NCBI RefSeq assembly: GCF_006345805.1
Contig: NC_043016.1
Span: 19,282,001 to 19,346,000, forward strand
Direction of reading: 5' to 3'
From: Octopus sinensis
Lineage: Eukaryota
DNA: 64,000 nucleotides
Every line of letters begins with the position of its first letter. The first letter of the stretch is position 1. Both the position numbers and the translations under genes were made by a program. This document shows positions 26,259-40,170 of this stretch, one piece after another. The notes under the pieces were generated by a model. The model had not been told where the DNA came from and did not search any database. It saw only the letters and a list, made by a program, of their open reading frames with translations.

Positions 26259-26859
26259 AGAATGAATTAGTAAGTGAAGTAGTGACGTTTTGAAGGACTG
26301 AATGAGCCAAAAGGACGAGAATTAGTTTGTGAGAGAAGAGAATGAACAAGGGATTAAATAAATGAATGAGTTAATTATTGAACAAAGAAGTGAGGCTTAA
26401 GGCAAGAAAGAATATATGAATTTATAAACAACATAGTGAGCGAAAAAATCAATTCCTGAATGAATGAAGGAAGGAAGGAAAAGGGAAGAAAGAGGAAGAG
26501 TGATCGACTGAATTTGTAAATGAGGGAACTAGGGAATGGGTGCGTAAGACAAGGGGAAAGGATCACAGAAATAAGGGTAACAATGAAAAAAGAAATGAAA
26601 GAATGAAATAACAAATGACTACTAAAATGAATGAGACAAAATTTTTTTTCCAAATATATCTGTTTAAAATAGCGAAGCTAGAGACAGCTGCAGCAACAAC
26701 AGCAGTAACATCAACAGCATTAGCAACAACAGATGCAACAGTAAATCTAGTAACACCAAACAACAGCAACTAAAATAATAAAAGCAGCAGCAAAAGCAAC
26801 AATAATAATAATAATAATAATAATGGTTTCGATTTTTGGCACAGTGCCAGCAGTTTTTT

Positions 26860-27005
26860 TGAGGGGAGGAGAAGTCGATTACATTGACCCCAGTACTCGA
26901 CTGGGACTTATTATAAAGAATAAAAGGCAAAATCGGCCTCGACAGAATTTAAGCTCAGAACGTAAAGACAGGCGAAATGTGAGTTAATGATTCTGCCAGC
27001 TCGAC
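26860..27005 (-). mobile_element. SINE family A, degenerate and internally deleted
   Basis: aagtcgattacattgaccccagtac..aaggcaaaatcggcctcgacagaatttaagctcagaacg..gattctgccagctcg. Confidence 0.8.
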
Positions 27006-27009
27006 CCTT

Positions 27010-27049
<40 letters not shown>

Positions 27050-27118
27050 TGATGATAATAATAACTACAACAATAATAACAACAACAACAATAATGATAA
27101 CTACACAACAACAACAAC

Positions 27119-27149
<31 letters not shown>

Positions 27150-27153
<4 letters not shown>

Positions 27154-27722
27154 CCCTGTTGCAGTACCAGGCAGTTGCTCTTGTGGCTTCTGATCTTAAC
27201 TGATTGGAAGTGTTATCATGTTTTGTCTTGGTATAAAAGACAGGCTACAGCAAATATTCTGCTCAATACCACAGATTTGCTCATCAATTGTTTGACAGTA
27301 ACCAGTTGAGCATGTCCCTTAGTGGCTGACAATATGTGCATCTCTGATCACGAGCAGAAGTAGTGGGGGAGCATCATAGCCATGTTTTGAGAGGAATTCT
27401 TTATGGCTTGGATAATTCACCCTTGAAAACAAGGATGTTTCCTTCAACATCCTTTAACCAACCCTTATTCAGGAACCTTTTGAGTGAGATGGGCGACCTG
27501 ACCTGAAGAAAATTCTAACTGGGCCCCACCTGCCTGGTCATGCGCTGTTTATCTTGATATGAGATCACCATGTCACGCACATATGGTTGTGATGCATGTG
27601 CCCAGTGTATCCTTATCAGACGAGTAGGTATACTGGGCTTCGTGTATTTTACCCCAGTGTCACTTTGATGGCATTCAGTGCTCTATTGCTCAGTCATGAT
27701 TTTGATGATGATGATGATGATG
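27150..27722 (+). mobile_element. Interspersed repeat, probable 3' UTR of a non-LTR retroelement, ending in (GAT)n
   Basis: Non-coding ~570-bp block inserted after an (AAT)n run and terminating in a (GAT)n tail. Recalled as a common octopus repeat; family not determined. Confidence 0.5.
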
Positions 27723-27859
27723 TTTTCTTTAGTAGTTCACAAAACTATTGGGGATGATGCAAGACAATACAATGTGAGGGGACAATACAATGTGAGACCC
27801 CACGGTTACCCTGACCACTGGGACAAGTGCTTTCTCCACATCGCCCTCCTTCAACCTAC

Positions 27860-28310
27860 AGGTGCATGTTTACAGTAGGCTCGTTCATTCAAACCATTCT
27901 TTCAGCACTCATTCACCTTTTAACAAAATTGCTAGGAGGCAGCACTTCCCTCTTCAATTTCATTTTCTTTTCCAAGTGAAACTTGAAAAAATGGATGAAG
28001 GGTTAGCCAAAGTGGAAAATATCTGTCTTCAGCCCTTTCAATCTGGTCCACCACACAACCTCTTTCACTAAGGCTACCAGGCAAAGAAACACTGTCTGCC
28101 GAATGGAAGGCAGTGGACGATCTTCACAATAAACTGACTCAGCCGATAGCCGGATCCATCCTACACGTGACAGCATATGTTCAACATAAACCCACAACAC
28201 AGCAATGCTGGGACACTGAACGACAGCGTGCAGAACAGTTTCGTCGCTCTGGAAATTATCCATAGGCCCCGGCCCGAAACTCGTCCGGTACAGTCCACCC
28301 AGTTGATTCT
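27860..28310 (-). mobile_element. 3' fragment of the Tx1-like LINE (older copy)
   Basis: Nucleotide-alignable to about 60600-61140 with an internal deletion. Translation FGPGPMDNFQSDETVLHAVVQCPSIAVLWVYVEHMLSRVGWIRLSAES..VALVKEVVWWTRLKGL matches the ORF2 C-terminus at 60.6-61.1 kb. Confidence 0.9.
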
Positions 28311-29735
28311 CGTGTTCGTGCAGATTTCTAGAAGGGACTAAACAACTACCCATTACCAAGCCCAGATGCAATATTCTCGAAACTAAATGGTGGTAAATTG
28401 TTCTCAAAATTAGATTTGTATGATGCCTACTTACAGATACATGTAGAAGACGAATGTTTTAAGCTACTAACTATCAATATACATAAAGGTATGTACGAGT
28501 ATAACTGGCTTCCGTTTGGCATCAAAGTTGCTCCATCTATATTTCAAAAAGTGATGGATAGGATGCTTGCAGAGTGTGACTTCGCGATGGCCTACCTGGA
28601 TGATATATTAATGAAAAGTGAATCCTGGAATCAGTATGTTGAGCTCGTGAAATATGTGTTCAAAAAAATAAAGGATTACGGCTTCACTTTGAGTGAGAAG
28701 TGTGAATTTTTCTTACCTCAAATTAAATATTAAGGAACAAATCATTGATGAAAATGGTCATCTACCAGATCCGTCGAGGACAGATGTGATTAAAAATATA
28801 CTCCCTCCCAACAAATATATCTACCTTACAAGCTTTTTTCGAACTTGCAAATAATTTTCAAATTTATATACCAAATATGTATAAGTTAAGATCTCCATTA
28901 AATAATCTACTGAAAAAAGATGTAAAGTAAAATTAGTCTGAAAATTGTCAGAAGGTGTTCGATGAAATTAAAAAGATATTAGCATCAGATTTGTCATTAG
29001 CATATTTCGATCCTGCAGTAGACATTGTAGTAGCTTTAGCTGCCTCTCAGTACGGTGTCGGAACAATAATGCTACATAAATGTAAAGATGGTAACATGAA
29101 GACCGTGGTTCATGCCTCACATTCGCTACTACCTGCAGAAAAAAATTATAGTCAAATTGCATAAAATTAAGAGCAGAAAACGATCAATTCATTAAAAAAA
29201 TTAAAGAAATGCTGAGAGGTAAAAGATATTCGTTTTGCTGAACGTAACACAAATTCGAACCTACTCTCAATGTATAACCACGTGTTAGTGCCAGCGACAC
29301 TACAAAAGTGGTTACTAAAGGAATTTCACATTAGTCATCCAAGTATTTCAAGAATGAAATTGTTAATAAGAGGTTACGTATATTGGCTAAGAATGGACTG
29401 TGGCATTGAAGAACTAGCCAAAGCATGCAGAGGGCGTGTCCTAACTGCAAAAGCACCTACCACTAAATGGCAGCTGTGGACAAAACAGATATTCCATGGT
29501 GCAGACGGCATGTTGATTATGCAGGTCCACTTAAAGGTTCATATTACCTTGTTGCAGTGGGCAGTTTTTCAAAGTGGCCTGACGTGCATAAGTGTAAAAA
29601 ACCGACATCTGCGGTTACAGAAAGTCTTTTACACGAATAGTTTGCCAGATATGGTATTCCTAACACCCTTGTGTATTATAATGGAACTCAGTTTACTTCA
29701 GATGAGTTGAGAAAATTTTGTAAAATTACGTTTAT
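28310..29735 (+). mobile_element. Decayed Gypsy/Ty3 LTR-retrotransposon pol (RT, partial RNase H, integrase)
   Basis: FSKLDLYDAYLQI..LPFGIKVAPSIFQKVMD..AYLDDIL (RT); LAYFDP..ALAASQYGVG..AEKNYSQI (RNase H, then a deletion); LLKEFHISHPSISRMK..YVYW (integrase H2C2); YAGPLKGSYYLVAVGSFSKWP..YNGTQFTSDEL (rve). Multiple stops and frameshifts; no LTRs seen. Confidence 0.92.
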
Positions 29736-29786
29736 ATGTGTGTGCGCGAGTATATAATGATTAATGCGCGAGTATATAATGATTAA

Positions 29787-29833
<47 letters not shown>

Positions 29834-30339
29834 CATACACACACACACGCACACACACACACACACACACAACCATGTGGCCTGAAAGTAAACATCTTAC
29901 CACAGGGAAACAGGATTTTAGTTTTGAAGGCTGAAAGCTGCTAAGTCTTTTCGTTGCAGTGGTATTGTGGTTGCTCAGCTTGCGGAGGACAAGTGGCTCT
30001 TAAGCGAATCTATCCACTTTTTCTATCTAAGGAATGTTTTTACTCGTTATATATATATATATATATATGGAAATCCTAATTATACCCCCATTTGCATTTA
30101 AGCAGTTTTTTTTTTAATGACTTCCGAATTTCTCAGTGTTTCACACGAGACAAAGCATATGTGGATGCACGTATATATGCGCGTATGTGTGTGGTCTATG
30201 ACGAATTGCACTTGAGAACGATCAAACATTAATTGAAAATACTTTCGATACAGAATGCAAAACAAAACGAAAATGAAAGTTCTTTTAAAATAGATGAAGT
30301 TTGAGGTATTAATGTATGTATGTGTGTTCGTGTGTGTGT

Positions 30340-31600
30340 GTGTCATCATGCAATTTTATTTCAAGATTTTTTGCCAGTAGAGAAAGAGCCGGTTTCTAAC
30401 CTAGATCTAAGGCTCCTTCATTGGGATTTCAACTTCAACAGGGTATTTTTGTTTGCATGTACGTATTTATGTATGTATGTATGTATGTATGTATGTATGT
30501 ATGTATGTATGTATGTATGTATGTATGAATGTATGTATGTATCTATGTTTGTATGTATGCATGCATGCATGCATGTATGTATGTAAATGCAAATTTGCAT
30601 GTTTAATGTATGTATTCTTATGCTTATAGTTGCATATCTAGACACGCTCATATATATTTAAATGATAAACTTTTGCAAAGTTTTACAGATTTTTACAGTT
30701 CCAGTGATGGATTAGATCTGCGGTCTTCCAATTAGCTTTCTCATCTCTGATTTTGAGAAGTCTAATTTCTCAAGATTGGTATTTAGGCAGTGCGTTATGT
30801 ATGTATGTATGCATGTATGTATGTATGTATGTATGTATGTATGTATGTATGTATGTATGTATGTATGTATTATGTATCTATGTATGTATGCATGCATGTA
30901 TGTATGTATGTACGTATATATGTATGTAGGTATACTTGCAGATTTGTATGTTTTGCTTTATGCATGTCTTCTCGTGCGTATATACTAGAATATCTAGGCA
31001 TGCTCATATATTCTTAAATGATTAACTTCTGGTAAGTTTTACAGATTTTTACAGTTCCAATAATGGATTGGATCTGTAATCTTTGAATCAGCTTTTTCCT
31101 TTCTGGTTTTGAGAAGCCTAATTTCTCAAGATTGGTATTTAGGCAGTGTGTTACACGGCCCAGTGCCCCAATAATTAGGGGATAAACCTGAAATTGTTAT
31201 CTGGATAGAGTTACCGCAGATTTCTCAATAGTTCAGCGTTGGTATTCTCTTTTTCTCTTATCTTCAGCTTTTCAGCTATTTCCACAACTGTACACAGATT
31301 CTCTTCTTTATCATTATATCAGTCTTATTGTGTTTACATTTTATTAAGGTTTTCACTGGGACATTCCACCTATACTCTTTTTTATTACGAGTAGCTATAG
31401 CTTCTGCAATATTTCTTTGTTCTCGGGGTTATCCTTCCGGCGGATTTCATTATAGAGTGTCCTAGCTACAACATCATGTCTCATCGATAGATAATACCGT
31501 GATGAGATTTTTTGACAACTGCTATGATGTGGATGATATATTCGGTATTAACTCCACAAAGTTTGCATTGATTGTCACATTTTACTGTTTTTCCTGCATT
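30340..31600 (-). mobile_element. 3' part of an RLE-type (R4/Dong/NeSL-like) non-LTR element with a duplicated terminal segment
   Basis: CKLCGVNTEYIIHII..RHDVVARTLYNEIRRKD..FIPLIIGALGRVTHCLNTNLEKLGFSKPERKKLIQRLQIQSIIGTVKICKTYQK. The last ~45 codons plus 3' UTR recur at about 30420-30795. Confidence 0.85.
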
Positions 31601-31618
31601 TCTGTCCCTTTTGCGCAC

Positions 31619-31672
<54 letters not shown>

Positions 31673-31687
31673 TATGTACGTACAAAT

Positions 31688-31850
31688 GTGTCCTGGGCAT
31701 GACAAAACATATGCATCCGTTGGTAGGGCTCCAGTTTGGGAATTCTGTGGTTGTGGGGAAGCGTGGGGTCACTCCTTAATACCATACACCCCGGGTCTGT
31801 GCTGACCCAGAACGGTTGTATCTGTCAGGATCCCATCCGCAGGTTAAATA
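31688..31850 (-). mobile_element. Short interspersed repeat fragment (SINE-like family E)
   Basis: Minus strand ctgacagatacaaccgttctgggtcagcacagacccggggtgtatggtattaaggag..ctggagccctaccaacggatgc..tgtcatgcccaggacac resembles a recalled mollusc repeat consensus; not verified by a search. Confidence 0.5.
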
Positions 31851-32427
31851 GATTTCCTAGCGCTAGTAGAGGGTTCCGTTATTTTTTACAAAGCTGTGGG
31901 GAAGGCTGCTCTTCAAGGAGAAAGATACTCTGACATAAAAATTTCAATCAAAATAGTACCAGTCATCTTGCAATGGTCGTTATTGGAACTACAGGACTTC
32001 TGATCTACGGGACCCCTGATTACTGACTATATACAAACTCTTCATACAAATGTAAATTTTACATTTTTTGATCCTCTGTCTGAAGAGTTTCTAATAGGAA
32101 ATTTCTTTCATGTTTATACATGTACAATTTTGTAATCCCTATTAGCAAATGAAACATGTGCAATGGTGAATAAATAATACCAAAAACTTTCCAATCTCCT
32201 GTTTAGATACAAACAAATATATATATACATATATATATTACATGTATACAAATATATATATACATATATTTTATATATATACAAATATATATATATTAAA
32301 AATTATATTTATGTGAGTGTATATATTAGTAATTATTAGTATTTATATTTATATATATGTACGTACATATATATAAATATAAATGGATCTGTTCGTTTAT
32401 AGTGTTTACACATATTTATATATGTAT

Positions 32428-32514
<87 letters not shown>

Positions 32515-32594
32515 TGCTCAACCATACACAACATGAGTATGGTTAACTATAAACATGCACACATTCACACACAGACACGCATATGTATATATAT

Positions 32595-32793
32595 ACTCTT
32601 TTACTTGTTTCAGTCATTTGACTGCGGCCATGCTGGAGCACCGCCTTTAGTCGAGCAAATCGACCCCGGGACTTATTCTTTGTAAGCCCAGTAATTATCT
32701 TATCGGTCTCTTTTACCGAACCGCTAAGTGACGGGGACGTAAACACACCAGCATCGGTTGTCAAGCAATGCTAGGGGGACAAACACAGACACA

Positions 32794-32837
<44 letters not shown>

Positions 32838-32988
32838 CATATATACGACAGGCTTCTTTCAGTTTCCCTCTACCAAATCCACTCACATTGGTCGGCCCGG
32901 GGCTATAGCAGAAAACACTTGCAGTGGGACTGAACCCGAAACCATGTGGTTGGTTAGCAAGCTACTTACCACACAGCCACTCCTGCGC

Positions 32989-32990
<2 letters not shown>
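32595..32990 (-). mobile_element. SINE family B, full length, young
   Basis: Near-identical reverse complement of 51797-52200. Confidence 0.95.
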
Positions 32991-33020
<30 letters not shown>

Positions 33021-33245
33021 TTTTGTGCCATTCATACCATGGGCTCCTAGGGAGCGTTTGCTCGAAAAGCTTGCTGCGCATTTGTTTGTAGATTTAAGTT
33101 CCTGGATTTTCCTGAAGAGAAAGCTGCAAAATGGTATCCTTATTCAATCCGAATTAGGGAATTTGCAGCCTTTGAAACATGTGTAGAAAATAATAAAAAG
33201 GAATTTTGTAAAATCTTCGTTCAGCTCCATTTCTTTCCTCACTAA

Positions 33246-33319
<74 letters not shown>

Positions 33320-33320
<1 letters not shown>

Positions 33321-33948
33321 GGGTAAAATATGAAAAATCAACGAAAATGCATATTGCAGATAGAAAAAGGTTGAGTGAACACATAAAAAGATGTGCCAGG
33401 GATCTTAATCCCAATTTCCAAATATTTCCCTTTTACCAATGCTCACAGAACACCACAATGCAACAAAGGTTGAATAAAAAGACATTTTTCATCAACAAAT
33501 TTCTCCCCCAACTAAATATGAACACACAACTCAATACAGAACACCACTAACTCTTCAATTTAAACCACTAAACCCTATACACTACCTACATCACTCACAT
33601 CTCTAATTCCAGAACTACTTACCTCCCTTACAAATAATCTTTTTTCTCAGGAACTATTAGACCTGACACCGTATATTAACCGGTGTTGTTCAAACGATGA
33701 ATAGCCTTCACGTAAACCAATTGGTTCGTTTTGTTCTCTTACTTTATTATTATTATCATCTTATAATCATCTCATAATAATGACCTTTATGACTCCTATT
33801 ACTACCTCAGGCAATCTAAATGTATACATTTGTCACTACCTGTCATAAACAGCCTTTTTCTATCTGCAATATGCATTTTCGTTGATTTTTTATATTTTAC
33901 CCTTACATTTCCACGTGTATTTTATATTTTCTTTTCGTAACATATTTC

Positions 33949-33950
<2 letters not shown>
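33320..33950 (+). mobile_element. 5'-truncated Penelope-like element (GIY-YIG C-terminus + 3' region) with an inverted terminal segment
   Basis: RLSEHIKRCARDLNPNFQIFPFYQCSQNTTMQQRLNKKTFFINKFLPQLN resembles the end of a PLE GIY-YIG domain. 33321-33370 is a 49/50 inverted copy of 33853-33902. Both ends lie in (TA)n. Confidence 0.75.
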
Positions 33951-34031
<81 letters not shown>

Positions 34032-34032
34032 G

Positions 34033-34063
<31 letters not shown>

Positions 34064-34070
34064 TTTATAG

Positions 34071-34101
<31 letters not shown>

Positions 34102-35088
34102 TATCATATATATATATAAAGAGATATACATGCACATATATACATATATGTGTGTGTGTGTGATATATTATGCATACATTCAGACGCATATGCAGATGCG
34201 TGTAAGTGCACATGGTCATGTATGTACGTGACTCTTTGTGCATGTATGTGTATACATGCGTATCTTTGAGTGTTCGTTCGGGAATAAATAGGCGTCTTTT
34301 ATTATCATTAGTTGCAAAGTTTCTTCGTAACATCTTTATTGCGCTCTTCTTTTATTTTAATTTTATTTTTATTTGCTGGTTTTTCTTTCATTAAACTCGG
34401 ATAGTAAATGTTTACATTTTGCCTCGTAACTCTCAATGACTTTACGTGAGTTGTTCATGATTCTATGAATTGTGATCCTGGTTCACCGTTATGGGAAGAA
34501 AGTTGATAAATAATATCATGGATCCCACGAAAAAAGATTTGGAACTTGTCTTACCAACAAAAGTTCATGCCGTAAACGAATAATTCTTAGTTTGTGCAAA
34601 CTTTTGGCGTGTATCATAAGTTTACAGTCAATCGGCGATAAGACGACGATGGCAACAACATGTTATGTTAAATGCACACACACGCAACATACACAATTAA
34701 TTTGATTACGCCGTCATATTAGTCGATACTAAACCAACACAGACGAGCATACACTCACATAGCATTCATGGGCAAATACAGACGCATGCTTGCTTTCATA
34801 CACACACTTCTAATACACCGCTTTATACGCAATAACACATAATTTGTGGGTATATTTGTGTGTGTGTGCGTGCGTGCTGCATGAGTGAGAGTGTGTGTGT
34901 GTGTGTGTGCATGCGCGTGTATGTGTGTGTGCGTGTGTGTATGTGTGTGCGCGTGTGTGTATGTATGTGTGTATGCGTGTGTGTTTCTTCCTTACTCAGT
35001 TTTTCTGTTCTTGGTATCAACACATTTTTCTTAATCTTTCAATCTCCCTAGTCTCTTGTTTTTCCTGACTTTATATTCTTCTTTCTAC

Positions 35089-35123
<35 letters not shown>

Positions 35124-35942
35124 TCTCTCCCTCTCTCTCTCTCTCTCTTTCCCTTTATATGAGCGTACATGTATAATTTAATATACAGAATTTAAGAAAG
35201 AGTTACTAATAGTTTCATGACGTTGAGACACAATGGTTTGGCACATTTATATAGCAAACCATGTGTCTCCAAGCAATGTTTCAGACTCAGTGCACACTGT
35301 TAGATTTATTTGAAACCCAGGAAACTTGTCTATGAGAAAACATAAGAAAAGACGTGAAAAAAATGCAAAGAAGTTTGATGCAAAATGTTGAACGCGAAGA
35401 AAGAAAAAAGAGTTAAAACAGCATAATCTTCGTCCCCTTTTTCTGCAGAAATTGTAACTAATCTAGCTGGTGTGCAATAACATAACAGAGATTAAGCCAA
35501 CGTCAGTGAGTGTCGTGTCCTTCAGTTCGACAAAAGAAATTTGCCCATGTGCTTGCATTTTCTAAAAATTTCGAGTCTGGAATTAAGTAGTGTGATGGAA
35601 TTCTTCGATCTAAAACAATGTACGATCTTTTGGCAACGGATATTTGCATATCTTTGATCCATTTACATTATAAAGTAGATTTCTCCACGATTCTCCACTT
35701 GATTGTATATGGTAAGCAGTTGGTTTTCAGATCCCATACATATCTTGCCAACTTAGAGGCTTTGTTTTTATCAGTGTCGAAGAAAAGAGAAATAAAGGCG
35801 TTTAAAATTGCTTTCGCATAAACCAATGTAATTTTTCTACTCGATTATGTTATTTTGGAACACTGCCGTAACTTAGGCTTCATAAGTAACTGAATACATC
35901 GAACACGACTGATGGATCAGACAAGCTTCAGGGTCTCAGGAG

Positions 35943-36900
35943 TTGTATGTATGTATGTATGTATGTATGTATGCATGTATGTATGTATGTAGGTATGTAT
36001 GTATGTATGTATGTATGTATGTATGTATGTATGCATGTATGTATGTATGCATGCATGTATGTATGTATGTATGTATGTATGTATGTATGTATGTATGCAT
36101 GTATGTATGTATGTATGTATGCATGTATGTATGTATGTATGTATGTATGTATGCATGTATGTATGTATGTAGGTATGTATGTATGTATGTATGTATGTAT
36201 GTATGTATGTATGCATGTATGTATGTATGCATGCATGTATGTATGTATGTATGTATGTATGTATGTATGTATGTATGTATGTATGCATGTATGTATGTAT
36301 GTATGTATGCATGTATGTATGTATGTATGTATGTATGTATGTATGTATGTATGTATGTATGTATGTATGTATGTATGTATGCATGTATGTATGTATGTAT
36401 GCATGTATGTATGTATGTATGTATGTATGCATGTATGTATGAATGTAAATATGTATGTATGCATGTATGTATGTATGTATGTATGTATGCATGTATGTAT
36501 GTACGTATGTACGTATGCATGTATGTATGTATGTATGTATGTATGTATGTATGTATGTATGCATGTATGTATGTAAATATGTATGTATGCATGTATGTAT
36601 GTATGTATTTATGTATGTACGTATGTATGCGTGTATACACATATATACATACATATAAACATATTCATATACATATATACATATGCATGCATATATATGT
36701 ATGTATATATATTATAGATACATGCATACACACACATGCATGCCTACTTGTATGAATGCATGTATGCATGTATACATGCATACAAACATACATACATACA
36801 TACATGCATATATGCGTGCATGCATACATACATATATACATACATACATGCATACATAGGGATACATATGCATATATAAATGCGTGTTTGTTTGTGTGGT
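35943..36900. repeat. Very long (TATG)n array with tgca/tagg variant units, switching to (CATA)n
   Basis: Direct reading. Confidence 0.97.
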
Positions 36901-39599
36901 TAAGATGTTCGTTTCGCAGGCACGTGGTTTCGATACCTCGAAGCATCTTCTACTTTAGCTCTATGTAAAACAATTCCTTGGTTAAATTTGAGACTGAAAC
37001 TCTACGGAAATCCACATGGAGTGTGCTCGCGCGCGTGAGTGTGTATGTGCGTGCGTCCGTACGTGTGCGATCGTGACTGCGCACGATCCCGTTTTTATGC
37101 TTGTTTTTCCACCACATGACAACTAATGTTGGTTTGTTTATAGTTTGCCAGGGAAACATGCATCGTGTATCAAATGTGATACATAGAACTGTCGAAGAAG
37201 TAATCAACTTTAATTTCAGGGTTGTTTTACCTTGCTTATGACGAGAATTAACATTAATACTAACGAATTTTATTTTCATTTTGTGTGTAATAAGATTAAA
37301 AACAAAAAAAAAAGTGAGAGTTCTATATTGAATATGTTAGTGCCGACTCATCTATATGTTATTCTTGCAGAATGCATCCCTGAGAAATATTCTCATATTA
37401 TTAACAAATTATATAATACTTTAAATGTTTATAGTAGTTAAACTCAACTATTTCATGGTATATATTCATAATCAAGAGTACTGCACCATCAAGAGTACTG
37501 CACCATCAAGAGTTAAATTACTTTGGCCGTTATGCAACTCAGTGATGAGATTTGAACAGTAATTCCACGTGGCGAAAGAATAAACTGTTACGAAATAAAA
37601 TATATTCTTGGTGGTGATAGAATCTACAGCAAACAATACTTGGTAGATAATAATTTAAACACAATTTCAATATATACAATTGGAATAAGTGAATGAATGC
37701 ATGTTCATGGCGTCATAAAGAAATGCTAATCATATTTGCACATTAGCAGAGCAAAGAAACTTAAAATATAAAGTATTCATAGAATATCTACAGCTATTTT
37801 TATTATAGGAGTTCACAGAAAAAATTACATTTTTCAGTGATCATTTTCTGAATTAATGGGTCAAATTGACTCTTCATGAATCTTCTATAGTTTTTTAATT
37901 GGAAAACAGAATTGGAGTTTATCTTGTAATCCACTATATCGTACACATTATAGGCTGAAAACATTCATTAATTCTCTGTTGACAACTTTTGATATGTTCC
38001 TCATCAAAATATGATGGTTCTCAATGTAGCTATTTAAACAGTAGAACTGAAACCATTAGACTTGTTTATCTACATTAACCTCACCTTTCTCTGCAATAAT
38101 ATATCCAGAACAATTGTGTCTTGTGAATGTCCTTTGAAGCCATTTAGTTCTCAATTCAAAAGAGAATACATTCCGTCCCGGTAGTTGTGTCCAGGTCACC
38201 TGGTGACATTAATAGCAACATTAGATAGTTATGTTTCACACGCAAATGCTGTGCTCAATTTAAGAGATAATGATATTAGAACAGGCAATTTCTGTGCAGT
38301 TTCGTCGATGTCATTACGCTATTATACGTAAATAGTAGACATATATCCTGTCTGATTTCTTTGTAATTATCAGAATTCAAATCAACCAAGTATTGTTTAC
38401 TTCCCAAAGCTCAACAGTTCAAATGCATTTCTGTTTTTAATATCTACCTACCTCTGTCGACTAAATTATTCAAATGCAAACATTTATTTGTGTTTAAATT
38501 TGCTGCATTCATACGATTCTAATAGAATTGTTAGAATGGTTTTGGCTTCTGAGATAGTGACGTAGTAATAGGTGGAGTGAATGGTGAAGTAGAAGCGAAA
38601 ATCTTTCGAAATTCAATTTGGATGGGGTTAGTTGTTGTGAAAGGACATTTAGACCTTTAAATTACGCAAAATTGATTCTTCAAGTTTTAACGTAATTGGT
38701 TACAAGTTATATTCTGAAAATAGTGGGATTAGAACATAGGAAATTAAACATTATTCCTCGTCAAAACTTATAAACTAGGAAAAATTTGTTTCTCGTCGAA
38801 ACCGTAACAATTTTACCTGTTGTAACTTTGATGAAAAGCAAATAATTTCCAAGAATTGATTTTATGATGTGTGTTTCATCTCTGAAATATAAAAATATAT
38901 TTCTCTTTAGGAAAAAAAAAGATTAAAAGTTGTGAATATAAATAAACAGTGCCTTGCGTAGTTGCCTCCTGGTTTTAAATTCGTTTCATGGCTAAGAAAC
39001 AGTTATTTCGTCATACTCATTTCTATAAAAATACACATATAAATATTACTCTTTTACTCGTTTCAGCCATGCGGCTGTGGTCATGCTGGAGCACCACCGT
39101 GGGAAGAAGCAGCTATATATATAATACATTTAATAGAAAAAATGTACATGTGTATAAAATAATCCGACTTACAGAATATAAATGATATCAGGAGTTCAAT
39201 GGGTAGAGTTTTACGAGTCCAACAGCTGTTTCTGGGGGCTTGGTGGTCTGGAATAATGATAGTTACTTGGATCTATTATCGGATAACACCGCCTCTTTGT
39301 AAGTGAAATTCAGAGTTGACTTAGTTCATAGTGAAGCGCTCAGGTCCCCATATGTTATCTAACTATGTAGCAAGTATCCTTTACTATAAAAAATCTTGTA
39401 AAGTTTAACTGAAGGTCACCAACGGTTTTCCATAAGTTGATGGCATTTTTTATTATTTTATTTTTTATTGGAATGGTTCTGGAGGTTTATGAGTGTGTAT
39501 TTTTTTCCAAAATAATATCTGCACTAGACTTGTATTGAGAGTTCATAACTATAAATTGCAGAGAAACGAATTTAACGTAAAACATATGAACTCGTGAGT

Positions 39600-40170
39600 T
39601 TACTGACATCAAAATAATAGAAATTTTAAAAAATTATAGTGCTATGCTGTTCTCAAGAAAATAGAATAGAGCTTTATACAACAACAATTGAAGTTGATTC
39701 ATCCACGTTGATGCTCTCGGATAACTTAATGAGTATGTGTCACAATGTCAAAACGTCTGGGAAAGTTTGTGAAATTGTTGAACCCACTTTTCTATCGACT
39801 AGCCGCACAATCTCATTGTGAGTCAGAAATAGCATTCTATTGTCTCACGAGTTCTAATGAGTTGAACATTCGCATGAAGTCTTCTTAATATCGGAAGAAA
39901 ACTGGCAACTTTGCTTTTGTTGGAGAATAAACGGTCACTAACCTGAAAGTGTGGTCTTCATTGTTGATCATGTGCAGGAGGATTGTCTTTTGAATCCTAG
40001 ATTATGGTCCATATCACGAGATCCAGACCTTTCTGCCACTCCATCTTCTTGAAAAAGGTCGACTTCGAAATATATACACCTTGTCATGCTGATTCTACAA
40101 CATCTATATTTAGTTATCTGAGATCATTGACATGTGCTTCTACTTCAAGTCATAGTAGACCTGAAAACAA
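39600..40170 (-). mobile_element. Ancient Tx1-like endonuclease fragment
   Basis: HTFRLVTVYSPTKAKLPVFFRY*EDFM.. aligns with CAFRLIAVYAPSLTGRPDFFRRLESFM of the ORF2 at 63.7 kb; many stops. Confidence 0.7.

Noticed and set aside
25555-26349. 264-aa SLTH-repeat ORF
   Set aside because: Translation of a (GAGT)n array.
35917-36755. Long ORFs of MYVC/HTYI repeats (also 11147-11667, 56445-57462, 14643-15110)
   Set aside because: Stop-free read-through of (TATG)n/(CATA)n microsatellites.
37471-37513. 17-bp direct repeat (atcaagagtactgcacc x2.5) as a transposon footprint or TSD
   Set aside because: No inserted element; simple slippage duplication suffices.
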